From Leptospirales bacterium (GTDB lineage: Bacteria > Spirochaetota > Leptospiria > Leptospirales > Leptonemataceae), in the NCBI GenBank assembly GCA_014238825.1, contig JABAAI010000001.1, forward strand, positions 1 through 34,973: 34,973 nucleotides of DNA, given 5' to 3'. The notes under the pieces are model-generated. The model was not told where the DNA came from, searched no databases, and saw only the letters and a list, made by a program, of their open reading frames with translations. Below are positions 26,117 through 34,296 of the stretch, one piece after another; the stretch's first letter is position 1, and every line of letters starts with the position of its first letter. The translations under genes and the position numbers were made by a program.

Positions 26117-27193
26117 ATGAAAAACAAGGATGTGAATGATAAAAAGGAGATAGAGCGTAAAGTTTTAGGAAAGTTGGCTACCATAATAGATCCACAGTAT
26201 AAGAAGAGTCTTGCTGATTTAGGTTTTTCCATGAGTCTTATAGACCATCCTAAGGATCCGGAAGAATTATTATTAATGCTTAAAACGTCACATAAGGATA
26301 AGCGTCATAATATACACTTAGAATCTAAAATACGGGAAGCATTAGTAGGGCTTAAGCTAAAAAATATAATCGCTATTAAATTTGAGTACGATGCTGAATT
26401 AGCACAAAAAAATATAACTAAGCCGCGCCTGAAAAACGTTAAAAAGTTGATTGCTGTAGGCTCTGGTAAAGGCGGGGTTGGTAAATCTACTGTTTCTGCA
26501 AACTTAGCAGTAAGCTTAGCTTTACTTGGTTATAAGACTGGTGTTATAGATGGCGATATTTACGGTCCCTCGATGGGCAAAATATTTGGTATTAATGAGC
26601 GCCTTGCCCTTGGTGGAGATGGTAAGACTCAGATTTATCCTCACAAAACGCATGGTATCAAGCTTATGTCATTTTCCTTTCTCTTAGATCGTGATCAGGC
26701 TGTTGTTTGGCGTGGCCCTATGCTGGGCAAGGCTGTTGAACAATTCTTATTTCAGGTTATATGGGGTGAATTGGATTTCCTTATTTTTGATTTGCCACCA
26801 GGTACGGGAGATGTGCAAATGTCTTTGTCACAGTTGGTGGAGGTAGATGGCTTTATAATTGTGAGTACTCCTCAAAATTTGGCGATACAGGATGCGCGAA
26901 GGGCTGCTTATATGTTCAAAGGTTTAAATGTGCCACTCATAGGAGTGATAGAAAATATGTCTGAATTTCATTGTCCAGAATGTGGTCATGTCTCTCATAT
27001 TTTTTCTAAAAATGGAGCAGATGCATTAGCAGCAGACTTGGGAGTTCCACTCCTAGCCAATATTCCTTTGCAAGAGGAGCTAATGGAGGCTAGTGAAAAG
27101 GGAGAGCCAATTGCTATTTCAAATAAGAAGAGTTCTATTACCAAGGCCTTTGAAGATTTAGCAAGAGATCTTTGTGAAAGACTTAAGATTTAA
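26117..27193 (+). CDS. apbC: Mrp/NBP35-family iron-sulfur cluster carrier ATPase
   Basis: 358 aa. It has a deviant Walker A (VGSGKGGVGKST), DLPPGTGD and the cluster-binding CPECGH. A GGAGG SD lies 8 nt upstream. Confidence 0.9.
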   Translation: MKNKDVNDKKEIERKVLGKLATIIDPQYKKSLADLGFSMSLIDHPKDPEELLLMLKTSHKDKRHNIHLESKIREALVGLKLKNIIAIKFEYDAELAQKNITKPRLKNVKKLIAVGSGKGGVGKSTVSANLAVSLALLGYKTGVIDGDIYGPSMGKIFGINERLALGGDGKTQIYPHKTHGIKLMSFSFLLDRDQAVVWRGPMLGKAVEQFLFQVIWGELDFLIFDLPPGTGDVQMSLSQLVEVDGFIIVSTPQNLAIQDARRAAYMFKGLNVPLIGVIENMSEFHCPECGHVSHIFSKNGADALAADLGVPLLANIPLQEELMEASEKGEPIAISNKKSSITKAFEDLARDLCERLKI

Positions 27194-27304
27194 AAGATTA
27201 AGGCCTATATATGGCAGTATATAAGCTATTAGGATGATATTTTTTGTAATTTTCCCTATAATTTTTAAAAAAAAGACTTTAATTTACTTTTTTTAATTAA
27301 ATCA

Positions 27305-27331
27305 TTGACAAAATAAATACACTGGTATAAA
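27305..27331 (+). promoter_or_regulatory. Sigma-70-type promoter candidate for the giant exoprotein gene
   Basis: The -35 is a consensus TTGACA (27305-27310). A 15-nt spacer follows, then an extended -10 TGgTATAAA (27323-27331). An A/T-rich UP-like tract lies upstream (TTTACTTTTTTTAATTAAATCA). The promoter lies about 65 nt before the ATG at 27397. The spacer is shorter than the optimal 17 nt. Confidence 0.45.
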
Positions 27332-27396
27332 ATTCACCTTGTGTTGTATAGAGTGAGTTTATAGAAGCACATTGAATTTTTGTACGGGTTTGGGAA

Positions 27397-30300
27397 ATGT
27401 TTATAAATAGTTTATATAAAGCCAAGATAGTTAACCGTGTTAACCATATTAAGCGTTCTTTCGTCGCTTTAGTCGTAATAACGCAGTATCTTTTTCTGTT
27501 ATGTGTTGGTAGCTTGAACGCTCAGCAGAGGGGCTTGATGAATCAGAGTCAGGATGATGAGCGCTCATTAATGATGGATAATAGTGCTATTCAAGATGCC
27601 TATTTGGGGAGAAGTAATAATACCTCTGTGTTTAATGTGTCGACACCGAGTCGGGCTGGGGTTTCGCGAAATTATTTTCAGGATTTTAATGTTAATCAGG
27701 CTGGATTGATTATTAATAATAGTATTTACGGTGGGGATAGTTCTTTATCTGGAGAGTATGTCTCTGGGAACAGTAACTTGTTTGGTGGGACTGCTCGGAT
27801 TGTCTTGAGTGAGGTTACAGGCAGTAATGCTTCGTCTCTGCGTGGGGGTGTGGAGATGCTGGGGCAAAGAGCGGAATTTATTTTGGCTAATTCCTTGGGT
27901 ATAGATTGTGATGGGTGTAGCTTTATGAATATGAGCAGGGTTGCCTTGACGACGGGGCAAGTTGTTTTTGGTACTGATGGCGATTTAAGCCATTTTAATG
28001 TTACTGAAGGTCATGTCAGTATAGGTGCTGGCGGTTTGGATGCAAGTGATGCCGATTTTTTTGATATTATAACTCGTAGTGCTTCCATAGATGGGGAGTT
28101 GCAGGCTAAAGATGTCTCTATGCTTTTGGGCTCAAGTCAGGTTTCTTATGACAAGCGCAAGGCGACTAGCCGCCTTAGAGGGAGTGGTGAGGTTGTAGAA
28201 TACTCTTTGGATGTAGGCAAGCTAGGTGCAATAAAATCTAACAATATAACTATGGAGAGTAATGCGAAGGGGGTGGGTGTCCGTGTTGACGGTAAGATGT
28301 CCGCTAATTCTGGAGCGATGCATTTTACGGCGGATGGTAAAATGCACTTGGGTGGCTCTGCTTCTGCTGATAAGGGTAGCGTTAGTCTTAGGAGTAGGCG
28401 GGGTGATGTTTTGACGTCAGGGCCGATATCTGCTGGCTTAGACGTCACGATAGAAGCTGATTTAGGTAATTATGTTAACGATGGCGCTGATATAAGTTCT
28501 ATGGCTGGTGTAATCAATGTGAGTGTCGCTAATGGTATTTCGACTAGTGGTGGCTCTTTCTTTGCCGGTGAGAGTATCAGTTTTGAGGCGGGGGATGGCT
28601 TTACTAATATTGGCGGGGATATTGTATCGGATGGATTTGTTAACATAGTCGCAGGGCAAGGAGATCTCGTAAATGAATTGAGTTCTTTGGAAGCGAGGGG
28701 AGGGGATGTGCGTCTGAGCACTCGAGGTGAGCTTAGGAGCGATGATGTCTCTATTAGTGGTTCTCAATTTGTTAAAGCTTTCGCAGGTTCAAGTGCGCTA
28801 AGCTCAAGCTTTAGTGCTTTTGCTAATGAAGGTATAATGATTTATGCCGGAGATTACTTAAGTAATTTTGATAGCTCTTCTAGTTTTACTTCTTATGGTG
28901 ATATATCTTTGAATGCAGGTTTGACTTTGTTTAATGAATCGGATATTTTCTCGTCAGAGAGTATCTCTCTTGGTGCGGGTGAAGATATCGTTAATAGTGC
29001 TAGCATAGAAGCTGGGCGTGGACTTAGTTTGCTTGCAGGTGGTGGGATTAGCAGTCATATTCTTGGAGATGCGGATGGGAATAGAGGAAGCCTTTCTGGC
29101 TCATCTGTTTCCTTGGAGGCTGTAGGAGGCGACATATCTATACGTGGGGATATTATTGCGACAGGCTCAGTTGCTGGTTTTATAAATGAGGATGATGCTC
29201 AAGGTGGAGGAGTGCGTATCGTCGCAGGTGGTGGAATCGCTAATCAAGGATCTATTAGGGGAGATAATGTCTTTATAGAGGCTGAGGGAGGTGATTTTAA
29301 TAGTTCTGAGGGTGATATCATTGGCTTGAGTTCTGTTAGTATTAGTGCTTCTCGATTAAAGCAAGGGGCCTTGGGCGATGTCATTGATTCTGGGTCTATA
29401 AGGTTTGGTGCTGGTAATATTTCTGCTAATTATGTGTCTATGGACGCAAAACATTCTTTGCTCTTTGGTCCGGGTGTGATGGTTGGCTCAAATGAAACTT
29501 CGGTAGTCGAGCTTTATGCGGATTCTTTTATAAAGCTCGGTGGTGGGGCAAAGGTTTTAGCTAATAGTATCGTTTTGGATGGTCGCGAAGGTATAGAGAC
29601 TGCCGATGGTAGCGTTGTGCAAAGTCGTGGTCTTGGTGGCGATGTTCAGCTTGTATCACGGCATGGCGGTATTTCGGTAGCGGGTGATTTGCTTTCTGAT
29701 AGTGATTTGAGTTTGCTTGCTTCTCTTGATGTTACTAGTGGGGTAAATAGCAGTATTAAAAGTGGTCTTTTAACTGGGGGATCGTCTGCTCATTTTTCTA
29801 CTCTCGATATCTCTTCGGGTGGAGGTATCGATATCAATGGCACTTTATTCTCTGGTGGTTCTGTGCGTTTAGACGGCTCCTATGTCTCTGTTGAGTCTTT
29901 TAATGTGTCGGCGGCTTCGAATGATAATGTCGCTGTCTTCTCTGGGGGTGATGCAACTTTAGATCATGCTGTCGTAAGTGCTGGAAGCTTTGAGCTGATA
30001 GCTGGAGGTGAGGCTTCGTTAGATGCTTCTGTTTTGAGCTTTTCTGGTGATTTTTTTGTTATTGCTGGTGCTGGTATTGATTTGAAGTCCAGCCAAGTGA
30101 GTGGCGTTGATTTGTACTTGAAGTCTGGTGCTGACCTGCTTGTGGAAAATGCTGAATTTTGGGGTCGTCAAATAGGGCTGAAAGCGGCTCGTGATTTGGT
30201 TGCGACTAATGCTTTAGCCTCTGCTAGCTCTGAACTTGAGTTAGTTGCTGGGGATGAGCTTTTGGTAGTAGATACTTCTTTGAGAGGAGATTCTCTCTTG

Positions 30301-33300
30301 CTTAATTCTGGCTCTGATTTATTTGGCGATGGTAGCGTAATGAATAATGTTGGCTCTTCTGCTCTTGTGATAAATTCAAAAAAAAGCCTGAGTCTTAGCC
30401 GTGCTGATATTTTTAGCGTGAATGGTGGAGATATATCTATATCGGCGGCTGATAAATCAAATTTAATAGGTGCTAGCCTAAACTCTGGTTCTTTGCTTAG
30501 TATTGATGTCGGTTCTGATCTTGACGTGACTAGTGCTGATTTGTCGGGTGGGTCTTTGCGTGTGTTTGCTTCTGGCAATCTTATTGCTTCTGAAGCATCT
30601 TTTGAGGCTGCGGAGGTCGAGGATAGATTATATTCTGTTGATGCGGATGGTGCCGGGGCCATCGTGATAAGTTCTAGTGCCGTGCTTGTAATAGATGATG
30701 CAAGGTTTGATGCCGATTCTCTGCTTGAGTTACATGGGTCCCGTGGTGCTAAAGCGGATAGGCTGTCTGCTCGTGTAGGGGATAGTAACGGCGTGATTGC
30801 AATATCGTCTGGAGGTGATTTGAGCTTGGATGACAGTCATCTGTCTTTGCGAGGGGGAGATTTGAGCTTGGATGCTGTAGGTAATATCTCTGCTTACAAC
30901 TCTATGATAGGTGTTGCTGATGGTGCTCTGAGCGTGGATGCTGGTGGTTCTTTTAGCTTTGATGGGGCAGAGTTGATTTCATCCTCTATTTCTCTTGAAT
31001 CTCAGCGTGACGGTATTATGGCGAATGATGCCTATCTGAGTGCTAATTATGGCGATTTGAATATATCTGCTAAGGGCAATATAGGGCTTGATGACAGCTT
31101 CTTGAGCGGGTCTAATCTTAATATCTATAGTTTGGATTCGGTTGCTAATTCTAACAGTACTGTCAAGGTAACAGGTGAGGGATCGGCTATTGTGGGTGCG
31201 GGTGGTGGTATTTCTTTTTCTAATTCTGAGTTACTTTCTGGTTATTTTAATTTCGATGCTGGTGATTCTATCTTGGCTAGTGGCTCCTTTATGGAGTCGG
31301 CTTCTGATTCGTCAACTGATGAATCGCTTGGTTCTGTATTGGTAGCCGGTTCTGTTCTTGATTTAGAGAATTCTATAATTGAAGTATCATCTTTGTCTTT
31401 ATTTTTGGAATCCAAGGGGGAACTCGTGGCCAATAACGCTTCCTTGGCAGTGAGTGGTGAAGAATCTGTCCTTAGTTTGAAATCTCAATCTAATTTAAGT
31501 ATTGATAGATCTTATCTGTTAGGGGCGAAGTTAAGCTTTATAGCTTCTGGGGATATTTCTGCGGAAGGTTCTTATTTGTCTGGAAGTGATGCTAAGAGTC
31601 TTAGCCTTGATGCAGGTGGTGACTTGACTATAGACAATAGTTCTATAAAAGGTGGTGACATCTCTATGCGTGCTGCTAATGATATTTATGCTTCTTTTTC
31701 TACGATAACAGGTAAAGCTTTTGATGTTGGTCTAAATACTAAGCCTCTACTATCTGCAGGTGGTAATTTAACGATGCTTGGGAGTGATGTGACTTATGAT
31801 GGCAAGATTATTGTGAAATCAGCTACATATCTCGATGCCAGTGAGGCTGTCTTTAGGTCAGTCGAAGGGAAGGAGATTAGTCTTATGGCTGAAAATAAGC
31901 TTTCTTTAGCTAATTCTTCTCTTTATGGTGCTAGTCTTAATCTTGTCGCTGGTGATAAGATTTCTGCCTCTGGTGTTGTTTTGCAGGCTTCCGTAATCGA
32001 TTCGTCTGAGGAGGGAGTTGGTGACATAACAATTATTACAGATGCATCTTTGGATATTAGTGATGCCCTTCTTTTGGGAGTAGACATTACTGTAAATGCT
32101 GGCCAAGAGGTTTCAGCTAATTCTTCTTCTTTCTTTGCTCAAAACTTAACGCTTTCTTCTGGTTCTAGTATTGAAGCTGATGATATTACCTTGCTTTTAT
32201 CTGATAAAAACAGTGTTGCTGATGACTCTATCGATACTAATATCGTAAGGAGTTCGCTTGCAATATCAGCTTATGGTGACCTAAGTATGAATGCTTCTGT
32301 TTTGAGGGCTGATTCTATTGCTTTGGATGCTGGTTCTAGTCTGTCCTTAGTTGGTTCAGACGTTTTATCTGGGGATGCTTATCTGGAGATAAAAGCAGGT
32401 GGTGATATCGCCTTGAGTGAGGCGAAGGTTTATGGCGATAGCGTCGCTATATTGTCTGGTGGCGATATTTTGGCTAAGAATGCCTCGCTGCGAAGTAGTC
32501 GTAGCGGTTCTTTAGATATTTTTTCGGGCAGTTTTCTTGATTTAGCTGGGGATTCCGTAGTGAGTGGAGGTGTGCTTAGCATTTCAGCTGAGGATATAGT
32601 CGCTGAGGGAGCTAGTGTCCTTGCTTACTCTGATGCAGGCCTTTTAATTAAATCTCAAAATGATTTAGATCTCGATAATGCTTTTGTCAGTAGTGGCGGT
32701 GAGCTAAACCTCGTTGCTAATAAGGTTTTAAGTGCGATAGGCTCATCTTTTGGTTCCGGTGCTGGTAAAGGTCTTGGTATTAATGCTGGTGCTGAGCTTT
32801 CTTTGGGTGCTGCTTCGCTTTTTGTTGCTGGGGATGAGCTTAGGATTGACGCAGGTAGTTCTCTTTATGGATCTGGTCTTGTCTTTGCCGGCTTTGGCGA
32901 TAATGTCTCTATTGGAATATCTTCTGGTGCCTCTCTTGAGCTGGATTCTCTCGCTTTGTATGGTTCAAGTGTATCAATAGTCGCTGGTCATAATGCTTCC
33001 TTAAAAGATGTTTCTATTTCTGTTCGCGAATTTGCGAGTGATGGTTCCGGTGATAGTGTCGATAGTCTTTCTTTGATTGTAGGAGGGGATCTTAATCTTG
33101 ATGATTCTGTTATTCTTTCTAATTCTTCTTTTCGTATCGATGCTCTTGGTGGATTTTCAGCTAATAGAGCCAGTATAGATGCTGGAAATAGTCTTGTTCT
33201 TAGTGCTGGTTTAGGCTTGGATATTGGTTCCTCTGTTCTTAAGGCAAATTCTATTAGCCTTGTGGCTAATAGAGGTGATATTAAAGCTGCGAATATTGTA

Positions 33301-34296
33301 CTAAGTACTGATAGCGCAGGTTTTTTAAGTATCGCGGCTGCGAATATTTTGAATATAAATAATGCTACTATTAGTAGCAGTGATGCTTTCTTTGATGCTG
33401 GTTCTGCTGTACTTGCCTCTAATTTATCTATAGGCAGTGGTTTTGGAGTCGCTGCTATGGGTGGCGTGGAGAAAAAATCCGTTGTAATCGATGCTGGGGG
33501 TGGACTTGATCTGAGAGGAGCGTCTTTGTCTGGAGAAAATATAGAATTATATGCTGGAGGGGATGTCTCTTTCTATTCTGGAGTTAATGAAGGTTTTGGT
33601 GAAAGCTCTATAGTGAGTAATGATCTTTTAAAAATTGTATCTGGAGCTAGTGTTGACTTTCGTGCCATGAGTGGTGAAAGAGTAGCTTTTGAATCTCTTG
33701 AAATTTTTGCAGAAAGTGACGTGCAAATTCAGGGTTCTGTATTTAAGGTCAGTGAATCTGGTGTCTTGGTAGTGGCGGGGCGTGATTTGCAATGGGATGG
33801 TTCATCTTTCCAAGGGGATGGGAAGGTGTACTTGGATATAGGCCGTGATGTCGGAGATATAAATCGTGATGTTGAGAAAGGAATCGTCTCGGTTAATCTT
33901 TCGGTTGCTAATTTTAACCTTAATGCAGGTCGGAATGTTGACTTAAGAGGTGTTGGCATTTATGGTAGTGCAGACAATAATAAAGTCAATGTTTATGCTG
34001 GTAGTGACCTCTTGTATATTGATAGCAATCTATCGTTCACTGGCGATTCTTCTCTTAAAGCAGGCGGTAATTTAAATATAGGGGGTTCTGTCTTTTCTGT
34101 TATAGGCAATGTAGATGGTGCTCGCTTGTCTTTGGTTGCTGGAGGGAATTACTTGGCTAACTCTGTTGAGTTTAATCTTAACGATTCGTCCCTTGATGCT
34201 AATGACGGGTCTGTTTTTATTTGGGGTGGGCAGGATGTTGATTTGAGCTTGTCTCAAATTTCTGCTGCTAAGATTGACATAATTGCCTTGGGTTAG
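27397..34296 (+). CDS. Giant filamentous-haemagglutinin/TpsA-like repeat exoprotein (two-partner-secretion passenger), up to an in-frame TAG
   Basis: 2299 aa. It has a signal-like N-terminus (basic KAKIVNRVNHIKR, then a hydrophobic core, then SLNA|QQ). A TPS (haemagglutination activity) domain spans about aa 70-320: VFNVSTPSRAGVSRNYFQDFNVNQAGLIINN, GNSNLFGGTARIVLSEVTG, FILANSLGIDCDGCSFMN and RVALTTGQ. About 1,950 aa of degenerate roughly 20-residue beta-helix repeats follow (LxAGGDLxLxxSxLxG). These are very rich in Ser, Gly, Asp, Leu and Ala, acidic, and Cys-free outside CDGC. Confidence 0.85.
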   Translation: MFINSLYKAKIVNRVNHIKRSFVALVVITQYLFLLCVGSLNAQQRGLMNQSQDDERSLMMDNSAIQDAYLGRSNNTSVFNVSTPSRAGVSRNYFQDFNVNQAGLIINNSIYGGDSSLSGEYVSGNSNLFGGTARIVLSEVTGSNASSLRGGVEMLGQRAEFILANSLGIDCDGCSFMNMSRVALTTGQVVFGTDGDLSHFNVTEGHVSIGAGGLDASDADFFDIITRSASIDGELQAKDVSMLLGSSQVSYDKRKATSRLRGSGEVVEYSLDVGKLGAIKSNNITMESNAKGVGVRVDGKMSANSGAMHFTADGKMHLGGSASADKGSVSLRSRRGDVLTSGPISAGLDVTIEADLGNYVNDGADISSMAGVINVSVANGISTSGGSFFAGESISFEAGDGFTNIGGDIVSDGFVNIVAGQGDLVNELSSLEARGGDVRLSTRGELRSDDVSISGSQFVKAFAGSSALSSSFSAFANEGIMIYAGDYLSNFDSSSSFTSYGDISLNAGLTLFNESDIFSSESISLGAGEDIVNSASIEAGRGLSLLAGGGISSHILGDADGNRGSLSGSSVSLEAVGGDISIRGDIIATGSVAGFINEDDAQGGGVRIVAGGGIANQGSIRGDNVFIEAEGGDFNSSEGDIIGLSSVSISASRLKQGALGDVIDSGSIRFGAGNISANYVSMDAKHSLLFGPGVMVGSNETSVVELYADSFIKLGGGAKVLANSIVLDGREGIETADGSVVQSRGLGGDVQLVSRHGGISVAGDLLSDSDLSLLASLDVTSGVNSSIKSGLLTGGSSAHFSTLDISSGGGIDINGTLFSGGSVRLDGSYVSVESFNVSAASNDNVAVFSGGDATLDHAVVSAGSFELIAGGEASLDASVLSFSGDFFVIAGAGIDLKSSQVSGVDLYLKSGADLLVENAEFWGRQIGLKAARDLVATNALASASSELELVAGDELLVVDTSLRGDSLLLNSGSDLFGDGSVMNNVGSSALVINSKKSLSLSRADIFSVNGGDISISAADKSNLIGASLNSGSLLSIDVGSDLDVTSADLSGGSLRVFASGNLIASEASFEAAEVEDRLYSVDADGAGAIVISSSAVLVIDDARFDADSLLELHGSRGAKADRLSARVGDSNGVIAISSGGDLSLDDSHLSLRGGDLSLDAVGNISAYNSMIGVADGALSVDAGGSFSFDGAELISSSISLESQRDGIMANDAYLSANYGDLNISAKGNIGLDDSFLSGSNLNIYSLDSVANSNSTVKVTGEGSAIVGAGGGISFSNSELLSGYFNFDAGDSILASGSFMESASDSSTDESLGSVLVAGSVLDLENSIIEVSSLSLFLESKGELVANNASLAVSGEESVLSLKSQSNLSIDRSYLLGAKLSFIASGDISAEGSYLSGSDAKSLSLDAGGDLTIDNSSIKGGDISMRAANDIYASFSTITGKAFDVGLNTKPLLSAGGNLTMLGSDVTYDGKIIVKSATYLDASEAVFRSVEGKEISLMAENKLSLANSSLYGASLNLVAGDKISASGVVLQASVIDSSEEGVGDITIITDASLDISDALLLGVDITVNAGQEVSANSSSFFAQNLTLSSGSSIEADDITLLLSDKNSVADDSIDTNIVRSSLAISAYGDLSMNASVLRADSIALDAGSSLSLVGSDVLSGDAYLEIKAGGDIALSEAKVYGDSVAILSGGDILAKNASLRSSRSGSLDIFSGSFLDLAGDSVVSGGVLSISAEDIVAEGASVLAYSDAGLLIKSQNDLDLDNAFVSSGGELNLVANKVLSAIGSSFGSGAGKGLGINAGAELSLGAASLFVAGDELRIDAGSSLYGSGLVFAGFGDNVSIGISSGASLELDSLALYGSSVSIVAGHNASLKDVSISVREFASDGSGDSVDSLSLIVGGDLNLDDSVILSNSSFRIDALGGFSANRASIDAGNSLVLSAGLGLDIGSSVLKANSISLVANRGDIKAANIVLSTDSAGFLSIAAANILNINNATISSSDAFFDAGSAVLASNLSIGSGFGVAAMGGVEKKSVVIDAGGGLDLRGASLSGENIELYAGGDVSFYSGVNEGFGESSIVSNDLLKIVSGASVDFRAMSGERVAFESLEIFAESDVQIQGSVFKVSESGVLVVAGRDLQWDGSSFQGDGKVYLDIGRDVGDINRDVEKGIVSVNLSVANFNLNAGRNVDLRGVGIYGSADNNKVNVYAGSDLLYIDSNLSFTGDSSLKAGGNLNIGGSVFSVIGNVDGARLSLVAGGNYLANSVEFNLNDSSLDANDGSVFIWGGQDVDLSLSQISAAKIDIIALG

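Noticed and set aside
30168-30662. 164-aa antisense ORF inside the giant gene, plus smaller antisense ORFs at 28146-28767, 31242-31433, 31906-32106 and 33729-33959.
   Set aside because: They lie opposite a repeat gene with a strong codon and strand bias (GNT, TCT and GAT codons), which depletes stop codons on the antisense strand. The products are low-complexity Ser, Pro, Thr and Lys strings with no start context.
32750-32980. 76-aa very hydrophobic same-strand, out-of-frame ORF (MVPVLVKVLVLMLVL...) within the giant gene.
   Set aside because: It is a frame-shifted reading of the GGT, GCT and CTT-rich repeats. It has no SD and no independent conservation signal, so it is a compositional artefact.
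34294-34296. TAG reassignment (for example pyrrolysine or an alternative genetic code) as the explanation for the in-frame stop.
   Set aside because: TAG terminates at least seven conserved genes in this window at their expected C-termini (ppdK, dut, xseA, rsmI, the mutase, and the pgk-like and LCP-like genes). No pyl genes or PYLIS-like context were seen.
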